From an uncultured Nitrospirales bacterium (GTDB lineage Bacteria > Hydrogenedentota > Hydrogenedentia > Hydrogenedentales > Hydrogenedentaceae), in the NCBI GenBank assembly GCA_964549105.1, contig CAZJTZ010000001.1, positions 284,632 to 348,631 of the forward strand: DNA of 64,000 nucleotides, in the 5' to 3' direction. How positions within the stretch are numbered: the stretch's first letter is position 1; the number at the start of each line of letters is the position of its first letter. This document shows positions 10,189-20,005 of the stretch, piece by piece. Made by a program: the position numbers and the translations under genes. The notes beneath the pieces were generated by a model. The model ran no database searches and was not told where the DNA came from. It saw only the letters and a program-made list of their open reading frames with translations.

Positions 10189-11034
10189 TCAATACACCGT
10201 AATGATATCTTGAATAATCGGGTTGCCGTATTCTACTTCGCCAACTTTAATATGTAGATTAGGTAAAATGTGAACATCTGCGAAGCCGTGAGTATGTCCA
10301 CAAAGGACAAGAAATTGATGATACATGCTATTTAAAGCCGCAGGCTGAATTACTTCTCCAAGTGCTCCACAAGTATAGTTCGGAAGCCATTTTGCGTCTC
10401 CTCTTCTCCCTTGATGCCAACATGCCTCTGAAAATGGAGGTACATGTGTGGCAATAATAATATATTGTGCATGATTCATGGCTTCAGGTAAAATACGAGC
10501 GATATGGCGGGCTGAGTCTGCTCCAATAGATTGAATCACCTGCTTAATCTGGTGTCTATCAAGACCTATAAGTTCTTTGATAAAAAGATAATCGCTCATT
10601 TTTGTATCGGCATGGTCAAAATCGCCTAACCGAGCATCTCCCCATCCATCACAACCAATAAGTGCTGTATTCGGGGTTAACATCACTAATCCAACTTCTT
10701 GTAGCCAGCGAACCCTTTGAGAATATCGTGATACCTGTTGGATTTTCTGTCGGACCTCTTTAATAGACCCATGATAATAATCATGGTTTCCTAATACAAA
10801 ATATACAGGGCAATTAAAGACTCTGTCCATATATAACAACCATTTGTCTACCGTCTCTGCTGTGGAAATATCCCCCGTGATTACGACAAGAGAAGGATTT
10901 TTATTTGCCATTTCTTTAATAAATATCGATGCTTTTTCAGGTGGAATGTGGTCTAAATGAAGGTCTGTTACCCACAACAGATTTAAAGGTTTACTTTTTA
11001 CCTCACCCATTTTATTCTTTCTTATTGTAGACAT
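10189..11034 (-). CDS. Calcineurin-like metallophosphoesterase.
   Basis: Motifs DLHLDH, ITGDISTAE and GNHDYY are typical of the MPP superfamily. Confidence 0.8.
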   Translation of the reverse strand: MSTIRKNKMGEVKSKPLNLLWVTDLHLDHIPPEKASIFIKEMANKNPSLVVITGDISTAETVDKWLLYMDRVFNCPVYFVLGNHDYYHGSIKEVRQKIQQVSRYSQRVRWLQEVGLVMLTPNTALIGCDGWGDARLGDFDHADTKMSDYLFIKELIGLDRHQIKQVIQSIGADSARHIARILPEAMNHAQYIIIATHVPPFSEACWHQGRRGDAKWLPNYTCGALGEVIQPAALNSMYHQFLVLCGHTHGFADVHILPNLHIKVGEVEYGNPIIQDIITVY

Positions 11035-11427
11035 ACTAAAAAATATTTACTTTTTAAATTGGTTTTAACATTTTCTTGTTCATATACTTTACCCAGATAG
11101 TATAAGATATATCATAAGTATATCACTAATAATCAAATTAACACTTATTGTAATCTTTTTTTCTATATTAATTCCAAATATAGTAGTAATTTAAACACAC
11201 TTTTAAATTTTGTCTTTTCCTTAAACATAATATCCTATAACTTTTGTTCCAAAAGACTACTTAAATCCATCAAAACTATTAATTCTAACCAGTTATTAAA
11301 ATGAAGATTTTTATAAAATAGAATAATTATTTTTTACAATAAAGTAATTTTATTCTTTTTCCAGAATATGGTAATATAAAAAATCAAGTATGATAAAGAA
11401 GGAAAAGGTATATACAGTTATTAATAT

Positions 11428-12330
11428 ATGTTTACATTTCTCAAAAAATACAATTATAGAATAAAAATAATTGTTTGGATTATTTTAATTGTTTTTCTTT
11501 TATTAAATGAAGGCTGTGCTATCTTTTGTACGCAAAAAGGGGAATTCATCCATGATACTATTTCTTTACATTACACAGAAAAGGGTAAAGGGGAGCCTGT
11601 TATTTTAATTCATGGAATTCTTGTTAATTCAGACCTTAATTGGCGATTGCCAGGAATTAAACGGCAATTATCAAAGAATTTTCATGTTATTGCTTTTGAT
11701 TTAAGGGGGCATGGAAAATCTGATAAACCGCATGGAGTAGAAATGTATGGACTTAATTTAGTTGAAGATGTATGTAGGGTAATGGATAGTTTAAATATAG
11801 AGAAGGCTCATATTATAGGGTATTCATTAGGCGGATTTATTGCACTAAAATTTGCTACTTTGCATCCAGAACGATGTTATTCAGTTACAGTCGGAGGTGC
11901 AGGATGGGAAAAAGCAACTGAGGAAAATTTAAACAGGTTTAGAAATATTTACACAGCAATTAGGAATGAGAGGGACTGTGCTCCACTTCTTGAACTTGTA
12001 GGCATGAAAAAACAAGGTCTTCAAAGGGTATCGGTTGCTGTTGCAAATAGGTATTACCGTAAAATAAATGATTTGGAAGCCATAGCAGACTTGTTAGAAA
12101 GTGCTGCAGCATTAGAAGTAAAAGAAAATGATTTGAGGAGTTGTAATGTTCCAATACTTCTCATGGGTGGAACAGCAGACCCCTTAGCAACAACAATTGA
12201 TGAATTAAGCACTGTATTACCGAACAGTCATGTAGTCTGGATAAAAAGAGGAACTCATTTTACCACTTTGTTTAAAAAGGATTTTGTAAAATCTATTGAA
12301 AACTTTTTACAAAAGAATAATCCTGATTAA
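11428..12330 (+). CDS. Alpha/beta-fold hydrolase with N-terminal signal/anchor.
   Basis: Nucleophile elbow GYSLGG, an HG oxyanion motif (ILIHGIL), and an N-terminal hydrophobic segment. Confidence 0.75.
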   Translation: MFTFLKKYNYRIKIIVWIILIVFLLLNEGCAIFCTQKGEFIHDTISLHYTEKGKGEPVILIHGILVNSDLNWRLPGIKRQLSKNFHVIAFDLRGHGKSDKPHGVEMYGLNLVEDVCRVMDSLNIEKAHIIGYSLGGFIALKFATLHPERCYSVTVGGAGWEKATEENLNRFRNIYTAIRNERDCAPLLELVGMKKQGLQRVSVAVANRYYRKINDLEAIADLLESAAALEVKENDLRSCNVPILLMGGTADPLATTIDELSTVLPNSHVVWIKRGTHFTTLFKKDFVKSIENFLQKNNPD

Positions 12331-12346
12331 GGAGAGAATATTCCTA

Positions 12347-13099
12347 TTATTTTTGACGAAATAATTTATGAGAGATAGTAAACATTGTTTTCAGTATTCG
12401 TAAAGAATCGCAAATTTTACGAAAATGAGATGAACGGTTTTTTTCTTCATAGATTGATGGGATGGGGATAATACCAATAGACCGTTTTCTTTGCAGGGCA
12501 AGCAATAATATCCATGTTTCCGTTTCATAGCGACCTGGCTTTACTCTTGCAACTATTTCCTCTGCAAAGGAGCGTGAATATAAACGAAAGCCGCATTGAG
12601 TATCGGAGAGATGACATCCCGCTAAGAAATAGAGGATATATCGCATTAAGTAATTTCCTAATTTGCTGGGGAAAGGGACTTTTTCCGACTTGAAATCTCG
12701 TTGTCCTATTATCAAGTCTTTTTTTTCATTTTTCCAAGCCTCTAAAAAAAGCGGGAGTAATTGTGGGTCATGTTGTCCATCCGCATCCATAAAACAAAAG
12801 GCTTCATATCTAGGATTTTTTAACACATTCTCTAATCCTTCAATGATGGCAAAACCTTTACCACGATTTTCTGGAAAGGAAAGAATAGATACGGGCAAGG
12901 ACACTATACTATCTATGCAATTATCGGTTGAACCATCATCGACAATATAAACATCCACAGGAAATTGAATAAGGGGACTTACAGTCTTTTTCAATCTATT
13001 TTCCACATTATAGCAAGGGATAATAACTGCTATTTTGTTTTCCTGTGTCTGTGTCTGTTCTGTGTAATAATTATTTCCCTTTTGTTCTTGATTCTTCAT
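12347..13099 (-). CDS. Family 2 glycosyltransferase (dolichyl/polyprenyl-phosphate sugar synthase-like).
   Basis: VIIPCYNVENRL, DDGSTDN and DADGQHDP are the classic GT2 DxD architecture. Confidence 0.8.
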   Translation of the reverse strand: MKNQEQKGNNYYTEQTQTQENKIAVIIPCYNVENRLKKTVSPLIQFPVDVYIVDDGSTDNCIDSIVSLPVSILSFPENRGKGFAIIEGLENVLKNPRYEAFCFMDADGQHDPQLLPLFLEAWKNEKKDLIIGQRDFKSEKVPFPSKLGNYLMRYILYFLAGCHLSDTQCGFRLYSRSFAEEIVARVKPGRYETETWILLLALQRKRSIGIIPIPSIYEEKNRSSHFRKICDSLRILKTMFTISHKLFRQK

Positions 13100-13174
13100 A
13101 AATTGTTTCTCTGTTTTTATTTTTTGATAATAAATTATAATTTATTATAATTTAACTAAAAAAGGAAATGAATT

Positions 13175-13567
13175 ATGTCAATTTTAGTTTCTTTCATTTT
13201 GTTAATGAACATCGCAGAAAGTTCGGATGTAGGAAATAAAGATGAACCTATTGACTATGCGTATGCGATGTATGATAATTTTGATCTATTAGATTCTAAT
13301 CAAGATGATCTGGTTACATTACAGGAAGCACAAAGGGTAATAGAGGGGCTTGATGAAGAAACCTTTCTTTCTTTTGATACAGATGGAAATCAGCAGTTAT
13401 CAAAAGAAGAGTTAAGTTCGGCTATAGATAATTTAAAAACATGCGGAACTCAATTGCAAAGAGGCTGTTCTTGTACAGTGAATAGAGTGCAAACATGGTT
13501 TTCAGACTTTATCTCTATCCTTTTTGTAATGACAATTCTTATGTTTATGGGCTCTTCCAAAAAATAG
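13175..13567 (+). CDS. Secreted EF-hand calcium-binding protein with a Cys-containing C-terminal hydrophobic tail.
   Basis: Signal peptide MSILVSFILLMNIAES. Two canonical 12-residue EF-hand loops (DSNQDDLVTLQE and DTDGNQQLSKEE, with D1/N-or-D3/D-or-N5/E12). C-terminus CGTQLQRGCSC followed by a TM-like segment FISILFVMTILMFMG and KK. Confidence 0.6.
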   Translation: MSILVSFILLMNIAESSDVGNKDEPIDYAYAMYDNFDLLDSNQDDLVTLQEAQRVIEGLDEETFLSFDTDGNQQLSKEELSSAIDNLKTCGTQLQRGCSCTVNRVQTWFSDFISILFVMTILMFMGSSKK

Positions 13568-13580
13568 GGTTCCAGTGTAA

Positions 13581-14552
13581 TCAAATAAATGTACGGGAAA
13601 CTTTATCAATCTCATCCATTTCTGATTCTGTTAAATTAAAATTAAAAGTTCCTAAATTCTGTTGTGCTTGTTCTATGCGTGTAGCACCGGGTATTGCAAC
13701 CACACGCTCTCCATGGAAATTAATAAGCCAGTTTAATGCCACTTGAGATGGTGTAGCGTCATGCTGTTTTGCAATTTTCTTTAATGTGTCAATGACAGGT
13801 TTTGTTCTTTCAAGTCCAGAAGGGCGATATAAGGGGAGATACTTTCGCCAACCTACCCGTGTCTTTATTAATTGAGGATTATCATGAAACTTTCCGGTAA
13901 GTAAACCCTGTTCCAATGGAGAATAAGCGATAATAGTGATACCTAATTCCTGAGCGGTTTTTAATGTCCCATCTTTTTCAATTTTACGATGAAGCAAACT
14001 ATAATGGACTTGATTGGACACAAGAGGGAATCCCAGTTTTTCGAGGTACGCATGGGCTTTTCGCATCTGATTTGCTGAATAATTGCTAACCCCAGCAGCA
14101 CGAATGACATTGGATTTGAGTAACTCTGCCATTATCTCCATTTCTCTTTCGATTGATGATAGTGAGGTAGGAGAATGGATTTGGTATAGGCTGATTTTAT
14201 AAGGAGCTAAACGCTGTATTTGTTCCTCGATAGAACGAAACATTCTTTTTGCTCTTCGTAAAATAGGATGCCATTTAGTAGCAATAATTACTTTCTCTAT
14301 GGGCACATTACCTTTTTGTAAACCTTGTGATACGCATTTTTCTGACGCACCCCAACCATACGCTTCAGCCGTATCAAACCAATTAATACCACCTTCCCAG
14401 GTTACTTTTATAATCTCATCACTCGGTACTTCTTCGAGCGAGGGCCAAATTTTACCAGGTAAACCAATCCTATTGCTAAATTGCCAGCAGCCGAGTCCCA
14501 GCGGGGTGATGAAAATATCACTCTCACCTAATTGTCTCCATTTAATATTCAT
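13581..14552 (-). CDS. Aldo/keto reductase family oxidoreductase.
   Basis: N-terminal LGLGCWQF, a 323-aa AKR architecture, and a catalytic tetrad context (…YQIHSP…). Confidence 0.8.
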   Translation of the reverse strand: MNIKWRQLGESDIFITPLGLGCWQFSNRIGLPGKIWPSLEEVPSDEIIKVTWEGGINWFDTAEAYGWGASEKCVSQGLQKGNVPIEKVIIATKWHPILRRAKRMFRSIEEQIQRLAPYKISLYQIHSPTSLSSIEREMEIMAELLKSNVIRAAGVSNYSANQMRKAHAYLEKLGFPLVSNQVHYSLLHRKIEKDGTLKTAQELGITIIAYSPLEQGLLTGKFHDNPQLIKTRVGWRKYLPLYRPSGLERTKPVIDTLKKIAKQHDATPSQVALNWLINFHGERVVAIPGATRIEQAQQNLGTFNFNLTESEMDEIDKVSRTFI

Positions 14553-15682
14553 TTACCTTTCCTCCCAACTATTTGTTGGATGTTAACCTTTTGAAAAACA
14601 ATTTTTTCATAAGGTTTTTTTTCACCGCACTCAAATAAAATTCCTATTTCTCCCTCGTTTATTGAACAAAGTGATGAGTATGCAGAAGGGCTCTCGTAAA
14701 CTAATCTCTGATATTTCCATGTTTTACCATAGTCATCGCTAATCTTTATTGTCATTCTAATTCTTTTTTTCTTATCAGCAGGATTGGAAAATACAAGGTA
14801 ATCATGGCTTTTCAATTGATGCTTAATTAAACTTGCTTGACACCTGGGCTCAATAAGTGCTGAATTATAACTTAAACTTCCCCAATTTATACCTCCATCT
14901 TCACTTATGGATATTGCCCTACAATTATAATCAGAATTGTAATTCCTCATGTTCAATAGCAATTTGCTATCGGGTATTTCTACAACCTGACATTCATCTG
15001 TATCTACACCTACGGGTTTGCCATATTCCCATGTCTTACCCCCATTATCGGAATATATTACATGGGAATACATTTCTTTGTTATTTTTATCTGAATGGTC
15101 ACAGGGAATAATTAATCTGTTTTTATATTTTTCTCCTGCCATTTGAATACCTATGCCGGGACCCGTTGCATACCAATTCCAATCAGGATGTTTTGTGGCA
15201 ATTGTTATTTCCTCTGGCTTAGTCCATGTGAAGCCATCATCTTTAGAACGAGTAATGAATACCCGACGGGTGTCTTTTGATGTTCCCTCTATTATTCCAT
15301 CTTCACTATCATCTCCCCTATTCCAGGTCATCAACATAATTATATCGCCTGTAGTTCTATCAATCACAGGACAGGGATTTCCACAGGTATTTTGGCTATC
15401 ATCCCATAGGATTTGTAGATGTCCCCATGTATCGCCGTTATCCTCAGACCTCTTAAAAACAAGGTCAACATTACCAGCATCAGAAATGGACTCTTTTCGT
15501 CCCTCACAAAAGGCAATCATAGCCCCTGAAGAGGTTTTAATCAAGGATGGAATTCTGTAAGTATGATAGCCATCGTTCCCCGCTTGAAATACTGTAAGGA
15601 GTGAGTTTTCTCCTTGTGCAAAAGCAAAAGTGGTTAATACACAAAACATCACAAACTCTATAACTTTTACATGTTTATACAT
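14549..15682 (-). CDS. Exo-alpha-sialidase (GH33), secreted.
   Basis: Signal peptide. FRIP-type motif YRIPSL. Five Asp-box (BNR) repeats: SEDNGDTW, SKDDGFTW, SDNGGKTW, SEDGGINW and SDDYGKTW. Confidence 0.9.
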   Translation of the reverse strand: MYKHVKVIEFVMFCVLTTFAFAQGENSLLTVFQAGNDGYHTYRIPSLIKTSSGAMIAFCEGRKESISDAGNVDLVFKRSEDNGDTWGHLQILWDDSQNTCGNPCPVIDRTTGDIIMLMTWNRGDDSEDGIIEGTSKDTRRVFITRSKDDGFTWTKPEEITIATKHPDWNWYATGPGIGIQMAGEKYKNRLIIPCDHSDKNNKEMYSHVIYSDNGGKTWEYGKPVGVDTDECQVVEIPDSKLLLNMRNYNSDYNCRAISISEDGGINWGSLSYNSALIEPRCQASLIKHQLKSHDYLVFSNPADKKKRIRMTIKISDDYGKTWKYQRLVYESPSAYSSLCSINEGEIGILFECGEKKPYEKIVFQKVNIQQIVGRKGK

Positions 15683-15705
15683 TGTTTTCTACCTTTATAA
15701 ATACA

Positions 15706-15748
15706 GAATAAAAAATGGAGACATGCTCTCGTAGTTCATGCCTCCATT
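15706..15748 (-). terminator. Putative rho-independent terminator downstream of the sugar-phosphate isomerase gene.
   Basis: Imperfect 10-bp inverted repeat (tggagacatg … catgcctcca, one mismatch) with an 11-nt loop. It is followed on the minus strand by a run of 6-7 T. Confidence 0.45.
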
Positions 15749-15773
15749 TAATTTTTGTTAAATATATAAAAAA

Positions 15774-16676
15774 TTACTTTTTCGAGGATAATTCTTTAGC
15801 GACCTCATCAAAATACTTTACACATTGAGATATTTCCGGAAGAGAATTTTCCCAATTGTATTCATATTCTATAGAAAATACCCCTTTAAAACCTTTCTGG
15901 TAAAGGTGGGTTAGAATGGCTTTCATATCTGCTTGCCCTGTACCCCAAATAACATCATGGGCTTCTCTATTGCCAAACTCATTTAAATCCTTAAGATGGA
16001 AGGAGATAATACGAGAATCTAATGCTTGTATGGCTTCCATCGGTTTGATACCTGAGCGCATCCAATGTCCTGTATCTGAACAAGAACCGATAAGCGGACT
16101 CGCATTTTTTGTAACTTCGAGAACTTTTTTGTAATCCCAATACATAGAAGGTTTGGGATGATTATGAATTGCTACTTTAATATTATATTCTTTAGCAAGT
16201 TTATCTACTAAAGCAATGGCATTGGGAGATGGTTCTGAAACAATGGTTTCAATTCCCATCGCTTTTGCAAACTCAAAAACTTTGCGTGCTCCTGCTTCAT
16301 CATTGGGCAAACCAACCACACCATAGTTAACAAGTTTAATGTTAGCGGCTTGTAACTTTTCTTTTACCTTCTGTTGAAGTTCGGGAGAAATATTATGGTC
16401 GAATTTAATATCTCCCGTTTCTTTAGAAAGTTTCTGCTCAGGATAGGCTTCAATATAATGGAGACCGATGGAAGCAGATTTATCAATTGCTTCAAAAAAG
16501 GTGAAGCGGTTAAAGGAATATGCCTGACAACCAATTCTCCAACCGATAGCTTCGGCATTGGGAGCACCACCGGTATATAGTTCTTCCTCAGCATAGGAAA
16601 GCCCTGAACCTAAAAACATTACCGACAAAATCAATAAAAGTGAAAATGAAAACGAAGAGACAAAAATATTTTGCAT
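15774..16676 (-). CDS. Sugar phosphate isomerase/epimerase (xylose-isomerase-like TIM barrel), secreted or periplasmic.
   Basis: Signal peptide MQNIFVSSFSFSLLLILSVMFLG. TIM-barrel AP-endonuclease-2/xylose-isomerase-like fold motifs (IETIVSEPSPN…HNHP…GHWMRSG). Confidence 0.7.
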   Translation of the reverse strand: MQNIFVSSFSFSLLLILSVMFLGSGLSYAEEELYTGGAPNAEAIGWRIGCQAYSFNRFTFFEAIDKSASIGLHYIEAYPEQKLSKETGDIKFDHNISPELQQKVKEKLQAANIKLVNYGVVGLPNDEAGARKVFEFAKAMGIETIVSEPSPNAIALVDKLAKEYNIKVAIHNHPKPSMYWDYKKVLEVTKNASPLIGSCSDTGHWMRSGIKPMEAIQALDSRIISFHLKDLNEFGNREAHDVIWGTGQADMKAILTHLYQKGFKGVFSIEYEYNWENSLPEISQCVKYFDEVAKELSSKK

Positions 16677-16809
16677 AAATAGACCCTTTCTTATTATGTG
16701 TTAATTACTATCTATTTTGGACACCTAAATTATTATTATGTTTCACTAAACAGAAAAAAATCAAATTCTGGTTTCTACAAATATCTATATGCTTAAACAT
16801 TAGGAAAGT

Positions 16810-17568
16810 CTATTTTTGGGGAAAAACGATTCTAACCGCAGCCGAAATTACCCGAAACAATCTCTCTTCTTTGTAATTTTTGTTCCTTTTGTCTTCCAGG
16901 TGCTGATATACAGTAAGTATTATAGATTTTTCTTGTGAAGTAAGCATCTCTGGTTTTCTATTCCATACCTTGTCCAAACCGGATACAAGCAAACTTCTAA
17001 GTTGCAAATAAGCAGGGTTTGATTTGATTGCGTTTTCTATTTCTTCATCTGATTTAGTGTGAATCTCTTCTTCTTTACTGTATGTTTGAAGAATGCTTTT
17101 TTCCTCAGACGGTTTCATTCCAAGAATTATTTGAGAAATTTCGCCTATACTTACTTCACCCCATTTGTCAGCAGGGGTCTCAAGAATTTTAAGGGCAAGT
17201 TGCATATCTTTAACTTTTCGATTATCAATCAGTTCTAATTCTTTTTCAGATAAAAGAATTTCAGGAAGAGAAGAGGACTCTGTAGAGGTAGTACCTATCA
17301 ATAATTCCTGATATTCTTTTTGTAATTTTTGGAGATTTACCGTTCTTCCCTGGAGAATCCTGCGTCTTTCCACTAACGAATTTTCAAGGTTTTCGATAAT
17401 ATTCACCCACCGATTATAATTTTTTGGTTCTTCTTTAAGTCTCTGGTCTGCTTTTTTTAAGAGTTCATTAATTTTCTTTATTACTTCCTGGTCATTTTCT
17501 ATCCGATTTTTTAGTTTTTCTATTTCATCGTTAATTTTTTTTAGTGTATTTTTTTTATCCTCTGACAT
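16810..17568 (-). CDS. Hypothetical coiled-coil protein.
   Basis: 252 aa, K/E-rich with heptad-like periodicity. No recognisable catalytic motif. Confidence 0.5.
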   Translation of the reverse strand: MSEDKKNTLKKINDEIEKLKNRIENDQEVIKKINELLKKADQRLKEEPKNYNRWVNIIENLENSLVERRRILQGRTVNLQKLQKEYQELLIGTTSTESSSLPEILLSEKELELIDNRKVKDMQLALKILETPADKWGEVSIGEISQIILGMKPSEEKSILQTYSKEEEIHTKSDEEIENAIKSNPAYLQLRSLLVSGLDKVWNRKPEMLTSQEKSIILTVYQHLEDKRNKNYKEERLFRVISAAVRIVFPQK

Positions 17569-17595
17569 TCTGAAAAGCCTTCAAATTACTCTTTA

Positions 17596-17868
17596 TTACC
17601 TGATTTCAAAATTTACATGTCTCGAATCAACTTCCTCCCATTGAATATCAATATTTGACACATACGCTCCGATAGGTCCCTCATAACACCATTGAAGAAT
17701 TTCATCCAACTTTTCACGCGGACCTTCAAACACTGCTTCAACCGTTCCATCATGCCGATTTCTAACCCAGCCTGTTAGACCCATTTGTAAGGCTTTTTTA
17801 TAAGTTGAGTATCTATACCCAACCCCCTGGACGATTCCATGAATTATTAGATGGAGTCTACAATTCAC
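17596..17868 (-). CDS. acyP: Acylphosphatase.
   Basis: A 90-aa protein with the acylphosphatase signature VQGVGYR…GWVRNRHDGTVEAVFEG. Confidence 0.85.
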   Translation of the reverse strand: MNCRLHLIIHGIVQGVGYRYSTYKKALQMGLTGWVRNRHDGTVEAVFEGPREKLDEILQWCYEGPIGAYVSNIDIQWEEVDSRHVNFEIR

Positions 17869-19214
17869 ATTTCGCCTTCTAATTTAATATATCTTTCACG
17901 GTACTCAGGTAAAGTTACCCCTACGGCTGCACGACAAGCCTCAAAAGCAACTTCCATCTCTCTATTTTCTATAGAGGAGGGTAAAATTTTTAGAAGGTTC
18001 TTATCGCCCACCTTAAATATAAGTTTACAAATCTCTTTCCGAACATTTGCACTACCTTCACGCATTAATTCTTGATACTGTGGTAAAACTGTGGGGTCTC
18101 CTCCTTGATAAAGAGCCGTTATCGCTTTTGCCCGATAAATAAAATTTGCATCTGTTGGATTTTCTCTACGAGTTAAACGATTTCTTAAAAATTGTTGAGC
18201 GTTCCAATCCTGGCTTTTAGCGAGAATAAGGGCTATTTCAGGTCTAAGAGTTATCTGTTCTTCATATAATTGGGTAAGCAAGGTTTTTCCATCTGGGTCT
18301 TTAAGATAGAAAATTGTCTTAACGGCTCTGTATTTAGCCATTCCATCGAGTTGTGGAATAAGTTGTTTGACCTGTTCACGAATATCATCACCACCTAACA
18401 ATACAAGCGAAAATACAGCAGATTCCGACTTTTCCTCATTTGGTGAAGTTAGCATTTCAAGAAGTTTGGGAACAATTTCTCTCGCACCTAAAAAGGCTAA
18501 TGCACGAGCAGCAGGTCCACTAATTTCACCCGAACGGTCTTGTAGCATATTCATCAATAATGGAATTCCATCTCGATAACCCACCAACCCACTCAGGATG
18601 GTCGCCTGAATCCGAACATTCCTGTTCCCATGTTCCAATCCACTACGAAGCAGAGCCGATGGAATTTGATTTCCCGAGAGGAACATACCCCTTGCAGCAA
18701 CTAATTGCGTTGTAATTTCATTTGCATCAAGTAATTTTTGTAAATAGTCCATAGCCTCCTGGGAACCGTGCAACACTAATAGAGTTGCACATTCGACTTT
18801 TAAATCCTGGTTGCTTTCAGAGGATTTAAAGATTTCATCCATTCTACTCCATGCTCGTTCTACGGTTAAGCGGTCCTCTGACCTGAGGGATACACCTGGT
18901 CCAAGTTGTATGGCTGGTTTGGGTTTTTTATCTGTTTGAACAACTATTTCAGAAATTTGGTCTAAACGATAAGTCACTCTGTCTTCTTTTTCAGACTCAA
19001 ATACTAAATATTGTGGATATACTTCCTTGAGTTGAAGGTTTACATCTTTTGCTCCTGAATCCTTCAAAATTACTGTAACTAAATTGTCTGAATTTAACAA
19101 TTCATTTAATGACTTACCCCCTGATATCTTAACATCATCCGCTATAATTGATAGACAAAAAGAAATTGAAAATACAAATACTAACATCATTTTTATACTT
19201 CTCTTCTGTTTCAT
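17865..19214 (-). CDS. Secreted HEAT/PBS-lyase-like repeat protein.
   Basis: Signal peptide MKQKRSIKMMLVFVFSISFCLSIIA. Repeated helical-pair units with the HEAT-like pattern …NVRxxAxxxLGxLG…. Overlaps acyP by 4 nt. Confidence 0.65.
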   Translation of the reverse strand: MKQKRSIKMMLVFVFSISFCLSIIADDVKISGGKSLNELLNSDNLVTVILKDSGAKDVNLQLKEVYPQYLVFESEKEDRVTYRLDQISEIVVQTDKKPKPAIQLGPGVSLRSEDRLTVERAWSRMDEIFKSSESNQDLKVECATLLVLHGSQEAMDYLQKLLDANEITTQLVAARGMFLSGNQIPSALLRSGLEHGNRNVRIQATILSGLVGYRDGIPLLMNMLQDRSGEISGPAARALAFLGAREIVPKLLEMLTSPNEEKSESAVFSLVLLGGDDIREQVKQLIPQLDGMAKYRAVKTIFYLKDPDGKTLLTQLYEEQITLRPEIALILAKSQDWNAQQFLRNRLTRRENPTDANFIYRAKAITALYQGGDPTVLPQYQELMREGSANVRKEICKLIFKVGDKNLLKILPSSIENREMEVAFEACRAAVGVTLPEYRERYIKLEGEM

Positions 19215-19426
19215 ATACTTCCTTTCTTTACCACCAATGTTTCACAGATAATAATACTTTTTTCCTTTGAGCTATATAATAACATATCGAGTTTTATAAT
19301 ATAATTATCTCATAAATAAACGATATAAAGACACTTTTTAATTAATTATTCAAGATATACCCGTCATTTATAAAATAATCACCCTTTTCCAATGCTATAA
19401 AGATAAAACATAATACATCTAAATAA

Positions 19427-20005
19427 TTAAGTTAGTAGAATATTATCAGGCTCAGTAATAGGTTCGCCTTTTTTACAAAGTTCACATTCCTCTGGAAGCC
19501 AACTTGCCAGATTAATTTCGGCTAATGAGTAAAAGGGAACATCAAAAGATACATTGCCAGGATTTCTGTTTACAATGCAACCGACACCTACAACTTCTGC
19601 ACCTCTTTCTTGTAAATGTTTAATACATTTCTTTACAGAACCACCTGTGGTAGTCACATCTTCTATAACTATTACTTTCCAGCCTTTGACAAGTGTAAAT
19701 CCTCGTTTCATAGCCATACTTCCATCAGGTTCTTTTTCAAGAAATGCTGTAGAACAATCAAGTTGTTTTGCTACCTCGTAAGCCAAAATAATTCCACCTG
19801 TCGCAGGACCTACAACTAAATCGGCATGGAAACCCTGGAAATGATTTGCAAGTTCAACACACAATTTTTCTGTTATCTCTGGATGTTGTAATATTCGGGC
19901 AAATTGAAGAAATTGACTGCCATGTCTACCACTGGCATAAATAAAATGTCCTTCAAGTAAGGCTTTATGCTGTATAAATACTTTTAAGATTTCCTTATTA
20001 TTCAT
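19427..20005 (-). CDS. pyrE: Orotate phosphoribosyltransferase.
   Basis: PRPP-binding motif VIVIEDVTTTGGS. Start placed at the ATG at 20005 (MNNKEIL…), preceded by SD GAGGAAA. The track TTG at 20032 is less likely. Overlaps the pyrF stop by 8 nt. Confidence 0.85.
   Translation of the reverse strand: MNNKEILKVFIQHKALLEGHFIYASGRHGSQFLQFARILQHPEITEKLCVELANHFQGFHADLVVGPATGGIILAYEVAKQLDCSTAFLEKEPDGSMAMKRGFTLVKGWKVIVIEDVTTTGGSVKKCIKHLQERGAEVVGVGCIVNRNPGNVSFDVPFYSLAEINLASWLPEECELCKKGEPITEPDNILLT

Noticed and set aside
9962-10192. 76-aa ORF on the minus strand in the 9881-10188 intergenic gap.
   Set aside because: Ser/Lys-rich and low-complexity, with no SD and no recognisable motif. It is more likely non-coding. 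The region is kept as a low-interest finding.
11035-11427. 393-bp AT-rich intergenic region between the divergent metallophosphoesterase and alpha/beta-hydrolase genes, as a possible ncRNA or mobile remnant.
   Set aside because: No inverted or direct repeats, no conserved RNA motif, and no ORF were recognisable. It is consistent with a divergent promoter region in an AT-rich genome.
12965-13150. 61-aa hydrophobic ORF upstream of the EF-hand gene.
   Set aside because: It overlaps the 5' end and promoter region of the minus-strand GT2 gene and is composed of repetitive Leu/Phe/Ile codons from an AT-rich tract. It is probably spurious.
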